The translations under genes were made by a program, and so were the position numbers. From an uncultured delta proteobacterium (lineage in GTDB: Bacteria > Desulfobacterota > Desulfobacteria > Desulfobacterales > SG8-13), in assembly GCA_963848135.1 (NCBI GenBank), contig CAWKCK010000017.1, positions 496,001 to 560,000 of the forward strand: a stretch of DNA of 64,000 bases, in the 5' to 3' direction. The notes below the pieces were generated by a model that saw only the letters and a program-made list of their open reading frames with translations, ran no database searches and had not been told where the DNA came from. Below, in pieces: positions 20,282 to 30,909 of the stretch (the stretch's first letter is position 1; the number at the start of each line of letters is the position of its first letter).

Positions 20282-21196
20282 TCAACTCTTGCTTCGGACT
20301 CGGGCGGTGGGCTTGTTTGTAAGCAACACTCCGGTGACGACCAAAAGTGTCCCTGAAAACAGGGAGGCTGTAACCGGTTCGTCGAGAAGAAAAAAGGCCA
20401 TTACGACCGCACTGATGGGAACAAAATTGATGAACAGGCCGGCCTTGGTCGGTCCGATGGCCTTGATTCCGTCATAATACCACACAAAACCGGCAGCCGT
20501 TCCGAAAAATCCGAGATAGAAAATGCTGATCCAGTTCAACGGACTGTATCCTCCGATATCGGCCAACAACCCCTCGGCAACGGCCGGGCCGAAAAGCATC
20601 GCTGAGCCGACAACTGACGAGAAGAATATGGCAGTCAACGGCGGAACTGTCGTTAAGACCGATTTACCCACAAGCGAAAATGTCACCCAGCTGAGCACGC
20701 ACCCAAAGATAAACAGTTCCCCCTGGCCAAAACCGCCCGACCAGAGTAGCGTCACGTTGCCCCTCAATACGACCAATACTGCCCCGGAAACCGACAGAAG
20801 GATGCCGAACAGTTGCAAACGGTCCAATCGTTCCTTGAACAGCAGGGCCGAGAGTAGCGCTATAAAAACGGGGTTATTGGCGATAATAACGGCGGCCCGG
20901 CCGGCCTCTATACGTTCCAGACCTTTGAAGAAGAAATAATTATAGGAAAAGACCCCCGTTAATCCAAGAACGATAATCGGAAGTATTTGCTTTCTATCAA
21001 TTGGGGGAATACGGCCGTTGGCTTTCAGCAGAAACAGAAGGAGAAAAACCGTGGCAATGGCAAACCGCAGGAATGCCGCAGAAAAAGGCGCCACCTGACC
21101 GGCCAAAGAACGACCGGCAATGAAGGTTCCCCCCCAGAAAAAGGCAGTGAGAAGAAGTTTGATAAATACGATCATTTCATATAAATGGGGTATCAA
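20282..21196 (-). CDS. DMT/EamA family transporter (likely start ATG 21179)
   Basis: FFWGGTF, FLRF, two EamA repeats, about 10 TMs. Confidence 0.9.
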   Translation of the reverse strand: MIPHLYEMIVFIKLLLTAFFWGGTFIAGRSLAGQVAPFSAAFLRFAIATVFLLLFLLKANGRIPPIDRKQILPIIVLGLTGVFSYNYFFFKGLERIEAGRAAVIIANNPVFIALLSALLFKERLDRLQLFGILLSVSGAVLVVLRGNVTLLWSGGFGQGELFIFGCVLSWVTFSLVGKSVLTTVPPLTAIFFSSVVGSAMLFGPAVAEGLLADIGGYSPLNWISIFYLGFFGTAAGFVWYYDGIKAIGPTKAGLFINFVPISAVVMAFFLLDEPVTASLFSGTLLVVTGVLLTNKPTARVRSKS

Positions 21197-21654
21197 AACC
21201 TGAAGTCAGATTCGAGAGAGACGGCGTCACCGATGGCGTCGCGCCGTATAGTCGATAATCACGGTGAACGATTTCCAGGGAAGTGCGGGTGCAGGTCCGG
21301 CAACCAACCCGATAACCCAGCCAATATGCCTTCCCAGAGTATTCCAATTCACTTCAATTCTTTCCCACATTCTTGCTCCGGTCAACTGAAAAGATGCCCT
21401 TTAGCACGCCGGTTGCCAGATGTCCATGCTCCTTTGCATCAAGGATCGTTCACCTGAAACGCCGATGGGCAGCCGTTGGCATTTCTTTAGGGTTGAGAAT
21501 TCTGCATTCCGGTCATATGATTATGGTAATTTAACGGGTTCTATATTACAAACCGATCGGCATCAATTGTTGCCCGTGCGGCACCGATATTGGTCGCATC
21601 ATTCATCCACGCACCGGATAAACCAGTATTAAAGATAGAGACCTGTGCATATAC

Positions 21655-22389
21655 ATGAAATCTGCCACCAGACATAGCAGAAATATGTCAAGCCGGAACA
21701 TAGAGGGCGGATGCCTCTCCTGCGGCGCGAAAGCAAATCTGGGTGCCAAGCGGTATTGTTCCATCCAATGCCGTCAAAGACTGCGCAGAGTTTTAAATTT
21801 GAGAACCGGCCTGCTCAAAGCACTCAACATCCGTTTCGCCACATTTTACTTTACAGCCGATACGATAATGATGGATGTCATGGCGTTCGGCGACAAGGAT
21901 ATTTTCAGTTTCATGTATCCCCGATCAGCCCGCAGAAAACCCGCCGGTGATTTCTGCCGCTTGGCCGACGCTCTTGGCAACGCCTGGTGGGCCGAGAGAC
22001 AAAGAACGAATCGTAAATACCTGGCGTCGCGTCAGGTTTTTCAACAGGCGCAACGCAACGAGCCGGATAGCGACGCCGTGGCGCCCATCCAGATTAAGAT
22101 CCCAAATGTCAAAGACAAGGCATTGATAACACTGAAACTCGGCAAATCCGTACTCGACTCTTCCGAACTGTATCGAACGATCAAAACGGCATATCGCCAG
22201 CAGGCAATGAAGCATCACCCGGACCGCGGCGGAGATAACGTTTCATTCAGGCGAATTCACCAGGCTTACGAGGAACTTCTCAATTGGGCGGAGAACCCCA
22301 CCTTTGTGAGGCGCCGGGGCTTTCCGAACAAGTGGTTTTATGACGGTATCTCGAATCGGTGGGTCCAACCGACACCGCTTCGGGAATGA
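21655..22389 (+). CDS. J-domain protein with N-terminal Cys4 motif
   Basis: IKTAYRQQAMKHHPDRGG...F..I..AYE.L J-domain; CLSC...CSIQC near the N-terminus. Confidence 0.75.
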   Translation: MKSATRHSRNMSSRNIEGGCLSCGAKANLGAKRYCSIQCRQRLRRVLNLRTGLLKALNIRFATFYFTADTIMMDVMAFGDKDIFSFMYPRSARRKPAGDFCRLADALGNAWWAERQRTNRKYLASRQVFQQAQRNEPDSDAVAPIQIKIPNVKDKALITLKLGKSVLDSSELYRTIKTAYRQQAMKHHPDRGGDNVSFRRIHQAYEELLNWAENPTFVRRRGFPNKWFYDGISNRWVQPTPLRE

Positions 22390-22676
22390 TTGTATACGGT
22401 AGAAGGTGATATCAGGCGGTATTCAATCTCCCCCCGGCAATGCCGGAGCAATGGCTTGTGAGTCGCTCAAAGCCGTTTTCTAAAACCATTTTTTCGAGCA
22501 ACCCGCCGGTCATTGAAGGATAATAACCATTGTTCGGGTATTGGTTCCTGGAACTGTCAAACCTTGGGAGCCTCCCCTGAAAAGCTGCAGGTATAAAAAT
22601 GATTATCATGGGAGCCACCGAGGAAAGTATCGATTCATAGGGTTGCATCGTCCAGTGTGCGTAAGACCACAGAATT

Positions 22677-22784
22677 GTATGCGTTTACAGGGTGCCGAGG
22701 ATGCAAGGCGCCGGGCGCGCAGACGTAATGTTGTACTTCAAGTACCCGACAACAAAGCAGATGCGGTGCCCTGTAAATGCTTAC
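22677..22784. mobile_element. 108-bp miniature inverted-repeat element
   Basis: GTATGCGTTTACAGGGTGCCG ... CGGTGCCCTGTAAATGCTTAC (17/21 inverted match), between convergent genes. Confidence 0.6.
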
Positions 22785-22820
22785 CGAGGAAAAGACGGTT
22801 AAATCCGCTACCCACAAGGT

Positions 22821-23711
22821 TTAATTGGCCTCATTTTTGATAAGTGCTTCGATGATCCGGGGGAGATACTCATCGGTCTTACTGACGTGAAAGCGGCAGG
22901 CCCCAGCGCCGGGATGCCCCCCCCCTTCATAGGCCGAAAGGAGTAACCCGACGTTGACCCTGCAGCCGGGGTTAAAAATACTGTGCCCCACATTGACCGC
23001 GATCCACTCGGGTCGTCGCGCGTCATGGCTTATACGCATATGCACGTGAGCTTCAGGAAATAAAGAATAGACCAGGAACCGGTTGCCGACCGGCGTCTTA
23101 TCGAGCGACCTGAAATCAGTCACAGCCACCTTCTTCTGCACGCGGGTGTAACGGTTTAGCTGCTCGCGATAGGCCTGGTTTTCGCGAATGACCCTGTCAC
23201 AGTTTTGTCGAACGTCGTCGTCTGCCAGGATAGCATCGATCGTTTTTTCCCGCAGAAGTGCCACCAAACGATTCCAGTAATCGACGTCCGGGTTTTCATT
23301 ATTTGAGATTGTCATAGCGAGTAAAACGAAATCGTACTTCTCCGGTTGCAGCACCTCGTCCATGGTTAAATCGGCCGAGTCGATTTTATCGGCGGCAGCG
23401 ACAAGTACACCATGACTTTCAGGAAACCTGCCCGTATAGTGGGCATAGATAATTCCGGCCGCAGACGGTGCCTCTCTATAGACCCCTACGAAAGGTCGAT
23501 CGATGCGGTTGGTATAATGATGATCGAACCATAAGGCACACCGATCATCGTAGGGTAGATTGGCGATAATATCGCTGCCTCTAATATCAACGAGCCCTTT
23601 TTGGATGTCTCCCGGTTCAACCCATTTCACCGGTGAGGTGATTTCTTCAACATCATAAAGCAATACCGCACAGACAACTCCATCAAAATCGGGTCGGGTG
23701 ACAATCCGCAT
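22821..23711 (-). CDS. DHH-family phosphoesterase (exopolyphosphatase/NrnA-like); start corrected to ATG 23711
   Basis: MRIVTRPDFDG, WFDHH, GGGH motifs. Confidence 0.88.
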   Translation of the reverse strand: MRIVTRPDFDGVVCAVLLYDVEEITSPVKWVEPGDIQKGLVDIRGSDIIANLPYDDRCALWFDHHYTNRIDRPFVGVYREAPSAAGIIYAHYTGRFPESHGVLVAAADKIDSADLTMDEVLQPEKYDFVLLAMTISNNENPDVDYWNRLVALLREKTIDAILADDDVRQNCDRVIRENQAYREQLNRYTRVQKKVAVTDFRSLDKTPVGNRFLVYSLFPEAHVHMRISHDARRPEWIAVNVGHSIFNPGCRVNVGLLLSAYEGGGHPGAGACRFHVSKTDEYLPRIIEALIKNEAN

Positions 23712-23817
23712 GGCAACTTCTCCAGGGTGGGTGATATAACCGGTTGATCCGATTGTAAAACTATGTATATATATTGCCAATCTGCAATTGGCAACCCTTT
23801 TCAAAAGGAGACACGCC

Positions 23818-24279
23818 ATGGCGATTTATCTTGTGCAGCACGGCAAGAGTCTGCCCAAAAATCTCGACCCGCAACAGGGAATTTCGGAGGAGGGCCGAGC
23901 AGATGTCGACCGGATTGCCGCGGTCGCACGTAACTATGGCATCCAGGTGGCGAAAATCGTCCACAGCGGAAAGTTGAGGGCTTTGCAAACAGCTGAAATT
24001 TTTGCGGAAGCATTCGATATTTCCGATAAAATGACGGCTCGCAAGGGGTTGAATCCTCTGGACGATGTCGTAGTATTTGCTGAGACCGTGAACAGCGAGG
24101 ACGAATTGATGGCGGTGGGCCATTTGCCGTTCATGGAAAAGCTTACCGCTTACCTTGTTGCCGGAGACGAAGAGAAAACTGTCTTCAAGTTTCAAAACGG
24201 CGGCATCGTTTGCCTGGATAAAGGCAGCGACAGCCGGACGTGGTATATAAAATGGGCCCTGATGCCAAATATATGTTAA
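23818..24279 (+). CDS. sixA: Phosphohistidine phosphatase SixA
   Basis: IYLVQHGK, HSGKLRALQTAE, VGHLPF; RBS AGGAG before ATG 23818. Confidence 0.85.
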   Translation: MAIYLVQHGKSLPKNLDPQQGISEEGRADVDRIAAVARNYGIQVAKIVHSGKLRALQTAEIFAEAFDISDKMTARKGLNPLDDVVVFAETVNSEDELMAVGHLPFMEKLTAYLVAGDEEKTVFKFQNGGIVCLDKGSDSRTWYIKWALMPNIC

Positions 24280-24392
24280 GAAAAAATGAATCACTGTCAT
24301 CGAGCGACTCTTGCACTGCAGGCTTTCATCACTTGATCTTCGAGCGGTTCCGAACGATTCTTATTTAACAATAGACCGGCAATTCACGCTTC

Positions 24393-25037
24393 ATGCCCTT
24401 CGGAGGTAAAATAATGTCGGCAATGAATGGTGTTCGAAAATCGGGATCAGTCAGGCGCTCCGGGGTCGATCGAAGAGTGCAGCGGCAGTCGTCGTACTGG
24501 GGGGCAGAGAGACGGGGGGATTTAGATCGGCGCGGTTTTGGTGATCGACGCGATAAGTTTGACGCACCCAAACGTGCATTGCCTAAGAAATCAAGCCTGT
24601 TCGGTTATTTCTTCGGGAGAAAGGGCAGGGACAGCCAGGCTTCAGAAAAACGCGCGAAGCGTCCCAACGCTTACCAAGTCACCATCAGCGGCGATGAAGA
24701 TGTTATCATACCGAGAACTCACGAAAGAACGCCCTGCGACGTTCCGGTGCAGATACTCGACCGGGACACGCACTCTTTTTACCCGGCCATCGCCCACAAT
24801 TTTTGCACGCCGGGCATGTACTTGGAATCGAAGCACGCCCCCAGGATCGGCTCCGGAATTGTAATCGACATGGTCAAGCACACCGTCGATTCCAGCGGTC
24901 CGGATGACGTCGCCCGGTACTACTCGAAAGTGGTTTGGCTCAAAAAACTGTCTGGCAATGTCGTTTTCATTCGCTACGGCATGGGTGTCAAACATTGCCA
25001 CGACCTTGATGATTTTTTGAGAATATTCGGCCTGTAA
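24393..25037 (+). CDS. PilZ-domain protein with N-terminal (D/E)RR repeats
   Basis: RTHER (RxxxR), NFCTPG (N/DxSxxG variant), KVVW..., YGMGV. Confidence 0.65.
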   Translation: MPFGGKIMSAMNGVRKSGSVRRSGVDRRVQRQSSYWGAERRGDLDRRGFGDRRDKFDAPKRALPKKSSLFGYFFGRKGRDSQASEKRAKRPNAYQVTISGDEDVIIPRTHERTPCDVPVQILDRDTHSFYPAIAHNFCTPGMYLESKHAPRIGSGIVIDMVKHTVDSSGPDDVARYYSKVVWLKKLSGNVVFIRYGMGVKHCHDLDDFLRIFGL

Positions 25038-25885
25038 TGACAATCGCGATTACACTTTTCGGCCTGGGCATCATGGGACGCCCAATGGCCCGGACCTTGA
25101 TCAAGGGCGGCATCGATGTCCGCGGGTGGAATCGCTCGCCCCTCCCTGAAGATCTTACCGCAGGGATCCCCTGCTACCAAAATTTAGAGGAAGCCGCCCA
25201 AGCCGATTTGTGCCTCCTGATGCTAAAGGACTCTGTTGCCGTCGACGCGGTTTTAGGACACCTGGAACCACACCTCTCCGGCGGTCAGATCATTCTGGAT
25301 ATGGGCAGCTCGGACCCGACACATTCTGAGATCCATGCTGGCAATTTGGCGACCAGGGGCATCGGATGGGTGGACGCCCCTGTTTCAGGGGGCCCGGAAG
25401 GTGCAGAAACCGGTACCCTGTCGATTATGGCCGGCGGAAGCAGCCGCGATGTCGATCGCGTCAGACCCGCACTCGATGTGCTGGGGACAAACATTGTCCA
25501 CGTCGGGGGGCCCGGTATGGGGCATGTGGTCAAAATAGTCAACCAGATGATCGTCGGGCTGACCATTGAAGCTGTTGCCGAAGCCTTGACTCTGGCCGAA
25601 AAATCAGGCGTTAACCCCGAACTCGTGCAAAGTGCTCTGAAAGGGGGGTTTGCCGACTCCAAAATCCTGCAGCTGCACGGCACCCGCATGGCCCAACGGC
25701 GATATGTACCCGGCGGCAAAACCGTATCACAGCTCAAAGACCTGACGCTGGCACAAAGGATGGCAGAAAAGATTGGGGTCAGCCTGCCGCATCTGGAAAG
25801 TACAATCAGATTCTATAATATACTCATGGTGCAAGGCCACGCGGACCTCGATCATTCCGCCCTGCACAAATTACTCTGGCAATAG
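25037..25885 (+). CDS. NAD(P)-dependent beta-hydroxyacid dehydrogenase (2-hydroxy-3-oxopropionate reductase family)
   Basis: FGLGIMG.PMA, DAPVSGG, KIVNQ; TAATG coupling to the upstream gene. Confidence 0.9.
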   Translation: MTIAITLFGLGIMGRPMARTLIKGGIDVRGWNRSPLPEDLTAGIPCYQNLEEAAQADLCLLMLKDSVAVDAVLGHLEPHLSGGQIILDMGSSDPTHSEIHAGNLATRGIGWVDAPVSGGPEGAETGTLSIMAGGSSRDVDRVRPALDVLGTNIVHVGGPGMGHVVKIVNQMIVGLTIEAVAEALTLAEKSGVNPELVQSALKGGFADSKILQLHGTRMAQRRYVPGGKTVSQLKDLTLAQRMAEKIGVSLPHLESTIRFYNILMVQGHADLDHSALHKLLWQ

Positions 25886-25922
25886 ACCGATACACCTTTA
25901 AGTTTCTATATAGGGAGGGGCT

Positions 25923-26396
25923 ATGAAAATTGACATCAAGAAAATCCTGTGTCCGACAGATTTCTCTGAATGCGCCGAGCATGCGTTGGGCTATGCGCAA
26001 CTCCTATCAGGTTTCAGTGGAGCAAAACTGCTATTGCTGGCAGCATTCGAACCGTTTACCTATTCCCAGGGCTCGGAATTCTTCGAGTCACAATACGACA
26101 TGGCCGGGGCTGCAATGGAATTCGAATCGGCATTTAAGAAACAGCTCGATGATCGCGTGGCCGCAATGAAATTAACGAACCACAAAGTATCCGGCATTTT
26201 CGCCGTCGGTCTCCCCTTCATGGAAATCATCAAGGCCGCCCGGGAACAGAAGGCGGACATGATCGTCATGGGAACTCACGGCCGGACAGGACTGGAGCAC
26301 GTCTTGATGGGAAGCGTTGCCGAGAAGGTGGTACGAAAGGCCCCATGCCCGGTACTCACAGTCAAACATCCCGACCACGAATTTAAAATGCCTTGA
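25923..26396 (+). CDS. Universal stress protein
   Basis: ILCPTDFS, DMIVMGTHGRTG...MGSVAEKVVRKAPCPVL. Confidence 0.93.
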   Translation: MKIDIKKILCPTDFSECAEHALGYAQLLSGFSGAKLLLLAAFEPFTYSQGSEFFESQYDMAGAAMEFESAFKKQLDDRVAAMKLTNHKVSGIFAVGLPFMEIIKAAREQKADMIVMGTHGRTGLEHVLMGSVAEKVVRKAPCPVLTVKHPDHEFKMP

Positions 26397-26479
26397 AATA
26401 CCGACGGCCATTGCCACCAAGCAATGTAGGCGCTTGATTCTTTTTTCGATACCAATGAGAAGGCGAGTCAATGTCGCAA

Positions 26480-29365
26480 TCAATGGCCTGGAAGAATATA
26501 TGTCCGTGCTGACAGCGATGCGGGGTTGACAGCCGGATTAAATCCGGTACCGAAATCGATACCGGTGCGGTTGGCAAATACGACCAGTGGGGTTGGTTGA
26601 TCCAACGAAAGGTAGGCGCCGCATGCTTCTCCGGCATCACAGACATCATCGTCATTATCGACGTTTGTTCCCGCATAGATCAGGTACTCCCCGGCCGGCA
26701 CATCTCTTATTTCGTACGCATAATCACCATTGACGGCCACAGCGGTTGCCGTTGCCACGATCTCCAAGGTCAGCGCGTCCACAGCCAGAATGTAGTGGAA
26801 GCCTGCGTCATCGGAGATAGTCTGCGCGAATTTCTGCATCAAAACCGGTATGTTGAGCGTTCCCGCGTCAGAGTTGAAGACGATCGTGGCGCTATACGTG
26901 CCGTCGACCACCACATTGCGGTTAACTGTGACGCGGTAAATGCCCAGGAGATTCGCGTCGACAGATTCCGCTGAAACGGCAAGCCAGCTCAGAGCACTGG
27001 CGGGACTGATGGTCGGTGGGTCCACCGAAAGGCTTCCACCTCCGGAATTTGAGATCGTCACTTGACTGACAGTGGTTAACGATCCGAAATTGAGCGACGA
27101 CGGCGTTGAAACGGGAAGCGGATTCGCCGGGGCAACGCCTTCAACAGCGAGGACCGCTCTGGCAGCGTCGATTAAGCCGTATCCGAAAAAATCATCGCGC
27201 CCAGGGGCCCCGCGCTCCTCGGTAAGTTCACCAGAAACGAGCAGTGCATCAAACTCATCCGGGCCGATGTTGTCTCCCATCGAATCCGCAACGGTTTCCA
27301 TCAAGGCAATCACGCCCGACACATGCGAAGCCGCCATGGACGATCCGGCGGCAAAGGTGTATACAAAATCGATCGTCCCCCCGGAATCGTTACCGCCTGT
27401 ACTGAGAACAAAATCCGGATAGCCATCGCCATTCGCATCCCCGAGGTCGCCGCCGGGGGCGGAAACATCGATCGTGGGCCCGAAGTTTGAGTACGTGGCA
27501 AGCTGTTTATTGATATCGACAGCACTGACTGAAACGGCACCCGGGCAGGCAGCGGGGTAAAAGAGGATGCTCGATCCACTGTTACCGGCCGAGGCAACGA
27601 CGATTGCTCCGGCAGCGCGCGCTGCGGCAACGGCATCACAGAGGGTGTTTGAAAAGGCGAATGCGCCCAAACTTAGATTAATCACAGCTGCCGGCTGTAA
27701 CGGAAATGTGCCCGAATTATTCGTGAGACCGGCCGCAAAAAGGATGGCCTGGGAAATATCGACATCTGATCCCCCGAAGGCCCCCAAGGCCCGGACCGGC
27801 ATGATTGCCGTGTCCCATCCGACACCCGCCACGCCCGATAAATTGTCGGTGGCTGCCGCTATGGTCCCGGCGATGTGGGTCCCGTGAAATGAACTGGATC
27901 CGTCAGCGTTGCGGCCGTCACCGGGATCATCCGGATTGGGGTCTATGCCACCACCGTCCAATGCGTTTGCCGGATCCGAAATGAAATCGTAGCCCGGGAC
28001 GAACCGCCCCTGTAAATCCGGGTGAGACAACAAGACACCGGTATCGATCACGGCCACAGTCACGTCCGCGTTACCAGTGGTTCGATCCCAGGCTTGAGGC
28101 AGATTGATCAGCGGGTAGTGCCACTGAAAGCTGTAAAACTGATCATTGGGAATGAGAGACGGTAAACGGATGTAGTTCGGCTCAGCGTAAAGTACATCAA
28201 CACGTTTGCGAAGGTATTTGACGGCCTGAAGTGTTTCCCATCTGAGCCGCTGAGTCTTATCATGCCGGTACATGTCTTTCAGGCGATGATCTCGAAGCCA
28301 CTTCAAACCAGGCATGCCGAAAATCCGGGATCGCTGATCGGGATCCACCAGGGTAAACAAATTTGAATCGCCTGCGCTCCCCTTCTGAACCCGGCGCCCC
28401 ATACCCTGCAGAAATCCTCCGTCACCCAGCGAACGGGCCGCGAATATCCCCTTGAACCGGGTGACAATCTCTCCAGGTACAAAAATTTGATCCATGGAAA
28501 GTGCCGGGTTGACGGTAATCACCGCCTGTCCAACGGTCAACGTATAGTTTGAAGCGCCGGATTCTGCAAAGACTTCCACAAAATATATCCCATCGGCTGA
28601 TACTGTCACGGATTCGCTGGCATTTACCCCGACGGAGGCAAAATCAGGCGCATTGAGATCCACACTGCCGTCATCGGAAAAGAGGAAAAGGTCCAAATCA
28701 CTTCCGGGGCCAAGATCAGCATCGGCTACATTGAGAATGATGGTCTGGTTGGCAAGCAAGGAAACGCGATAGAAATCAGCGGTATCTCCGGCCGCAAAAG
28801 AGCGCCCCACCGGTCCCGATCCCGGCTGGTTGACATAACCCCCCGCCGTTCCAGGATTCGATAGACTTTGCGCCAGCTGCGGACCGTCGTTCGGGGCGTA
28901 AGGCGCGCCCGGGTCGTTGACGTCGCCATCTGCCAGTGAGCCCGGGGCGGCCCGCAATTGACCCTGAATCGCGAAACCCTTGACTTCGATAGACGTGGAA
29001 GCGCCGGCCCCCGAAGGATGGTTGGCGGAAATCACGGCGACGCCAACATCACCACCGGTAACAAATCCCGTCGTATTCATCAAGGCAATATCCGGATCGA
29101 GAGAACGCCAGGTGACCGCACCGGTCAGGTCAGCGGTGGTCCCGTCGTTGAATATGCCCATGGCACTGAATTGCAGCGTGCCTCCGGAATCGATAGCGGG
29201 ATCAACCGGTGAAATGTCCAATGCGATGGGAACACCGGCAGCACCTGATCCGCCTTCCCCGGTTGAAAGCGCGGAATTGCTGCCACCGCCCCCCCCGCCG
29301 CAGGCGACCACTAACAAACAGAGAGTGATGGTTGTAAGTATTTTTATCGCGGCTTTAACTGTCAT
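26480..29365 (-). CDS. S8 subtilisin-family serine protease lipoprotein (Big_2, PPC, S8 and C-terminal beta domains)
   Basis: Lipobox LVVAC + poly-Gly; VAVIDTG, HGTHIAG, SAGN, GSSMAASH. Confidence 0.88.
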   Translation of the reverse strand: MTVKAAIKILTTITLCLLVVACGGGGGGSNSALSTGEGGSGAAGVPIALDISPVDPAIDSGGTLQFSAMGIFNDGTTADLTGAVTWRSLDPDIALMNTTGFVTGGDVGVAVISANHPSGAGASTSIEVKGFAIQGQLRAAPGSLADGDVNDPGAPYAPNDGPQLAQSLSNPGTAGGYVNQPGSGPVGRSFAAGDTADFYRVSLLANQTIILNVADADLGPGSDLDLFLFSDDGSVDLNAPDFASVGVNASESVTVSADGIYFVEVFAESGASNYTLTVGQAVITVNPALSMDQIFVPGEIVTRFKGIFAARSLGDGGFLQGMGRRVQKGSAGDSNLFTLVDPDQRSRIFGMPGLKWLRDHRLKDMYRHDKTQRLRWETLQAVKYLRKRVDVLYAEPNYIRLPSLIPNDQFYSFQWHYPLINLPQAWDRTTGNADVTVAVIDTGVLLSHPDLQGRFVPGYDFISDPANALDGGGIDPNPDDPGDGRNADGSSSFHGTHIAGTIAAATDNLSGVAGVGWDTAIMPVRALGAFGGSDVDISQAILFAAGLTNNSGTFPLQPAAVINLSLGAFAFSNTLCDAVAAARAAGAIVVASAGNSGSSILFYPAACPGAVSVSAVDINKQLATYSNFGPTIDVSAPGGDLGDANGDGYPDFVLSTGGNDSGGTIDFVYTFAAGSSMAASHVSGVIALMETVADSMGDNIGPDEFDALLVSGELTEERGAPGRDDFFGYGLIDAARAVLAVEGVAPANPLPVSTPSSLNFGSLTTVSQVTISNSGGGSLSVDPPTISPASALSWLAVSAESVDANLLGIYRVTVNRNVVVDGTYSATIVFNSDAGTLNIPVLMQKFAQTISDDAGFHYILAVDALTLEIVATATAVAVNGDYAYEIRDVPAGEYLIYAGTNVDNDDDVCDAGEACGAYLSLDQPTPLVVFANRTGIDFGTGFNPAVNPASLSARTYILPGH

Positions 29366-29755
29366 GAAGAAATTACTTCGTTTCGAACAACTGCATGCGT
29401 TTTATTTTTGGGTACGCCAATCGCCGAGCCCCCCTGCCGTAAGGAATTGGGAGGTAATGATTCAGAAACTCCTTTATATGTAATGCCAGAATTTTGGATC
29501 GCAAGCTTCGACAATACGGGAGGTTGATATTAGTGGTTGGTTAAAATAACGTTAGAATAATGGAATGATATTTTTTGACAACGACTATAATAGCATTACT
29601 TAGGAGAATGACCATGTATTGGAATCTGGCTCCCAGGTTGAACCCTTGGTAAGAGTCTATCGAATACTCGAAAAGGATATTTGGCAACAATAGATTCATT
29701 GATGATCATAACTAATTCATAAAGCACAATAAAAAATGAAACGATAAGGCAGAAT

Positions 29756-30781
29756 ATGTTCCGCCTCTTCAGATCAAAAAAAGACGCCTCTGCTCATACA
29801 CACGATCAAAGCCAGAATGCTCACGGCCACACTCATGGTGCCATTGATCCGTCTATCATTACGACTGAAAGGGGAATTTGGGCCATCAAGTGGTCATTTC
29901 TGGGACTAATGGCCACGGCTCTTTTCCAAGTGGGTATCGTCATCCTTTCAGGAAGTGTGGCCCTCTTCGCTGACACCATTCATAACTTCGGCGATGCCGC
30001 CACGGCAATACCTCTATGGATTGCTTTTAAACTGGCCCAGCGAAAACCGAGCGCATCGTTCACCTATGGCTACGGCCGGGTCGAAGACTTGGCCGGTGTC
30101 GCCATTGTCTTTACCATCCTATTCAGCGCCCTTGTCGCCGGCTATGAATCCATCAATCGGTTTTTCCATCCGCAACCAGTCACGCACCTCTGGGCGGTGA
30201 TCATCGCATCCATCATCGGATTCCTTGGCAATGAAGCCGTGGCGCTGTTTCGCATCCGGGTCGGCAAGGATATCGGCAGTGCCGCGCTTGTCGCCGACGG
30301 TTATCACGCGCGCGTTGACGGGTTAACCAGTCTGGCGGTTCTTTTCGGTGCCGTCGGTGTTTGGCTCGGCTTTCCCCTGGCCGACCCTATTGTCGGCTTG
30401 CTCATTACGGTGGCTATATTCCGCATCGTATGGGAATCTGGAAAGTCTATATTCACACGCCTGCTCGATGGTGTTGATCCCGAGGTCATCGATGAAATCA
30501 AACACGCGGTAAATCATACTCCCGGGGTGGAGGACATCTCAGAGGTGCGGGTGAGATGGTTGGGCCACCGGCTGCATGCCGAGCTCAATATAGCCGTTAA
30601 CCCGGACTTATCGGTGGAAAAAGGGCACGAAATTGCCATAGATGTGAGGCACCAACTCCTTCATCATTTGCACTACCTATCCAATGCCACCATTCATATC
30701 GACCCGTTGAACGCATCCGGGGAAAAGCATCATTCCATCGCCGACCACGTTCACGGAGACTTGTCGACGCATTCACACTAA
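29756..30781 (+). CDS. Cation diffusion facilitator (CDF) transporter with His-rich termini
   Basis: SVALFADTIHNFGD, YGYGRVE, ADGYHARVD, IHIDP. Confidence 0.92.
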   Translation: MFRLFRSKKDASAHTHDQSQNAHGHTHGAIDPSIITTERGIWAIKWSFLGLMATALFQVGIVILSGSVALFADTIHNFGDAATAIPLWIAFKLAQRKPSASFTYGYGRVEDLAGVAIVFTILFSALVAGYESINRFFHPQPVTHLWAVIIASIIGFLGNEAVALFRIRVGKDIGSAALVADGYHARVDGLTSLAVLFGAVGVWLGFPLADPIVGLLITVAIFRIVWESGKSIFTRLLDGVDPEVIDEIKHAVNHTPGVEDISEVRVRWLGHRLHAELNIAVNPDLSVEKGHEIAIDVRHQLLHHLHYLSNATIHIDPLNASGEKHHSIADHVHGDLSTHSH

Positions 30782-30909
30782 CGACAGCCTGCCGGGATCA
30801 TTTCCATCTCCCGTAGCGTCCCCAAAAAACATCCTCCAATAGCAGCCATATTTGACTTTGAGGGTCGTGAGCTTAAATTCTGTCGTATGGAGATATAGTG
30901 TTTGTATTT

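Noticed and set aside
21227..21370. 47-aa minus-strand ORF (MWERIEVNW…) with a GGAG upstream
   Set aside because: No family features; could be chance. Needs conservation or ribosome profiling.
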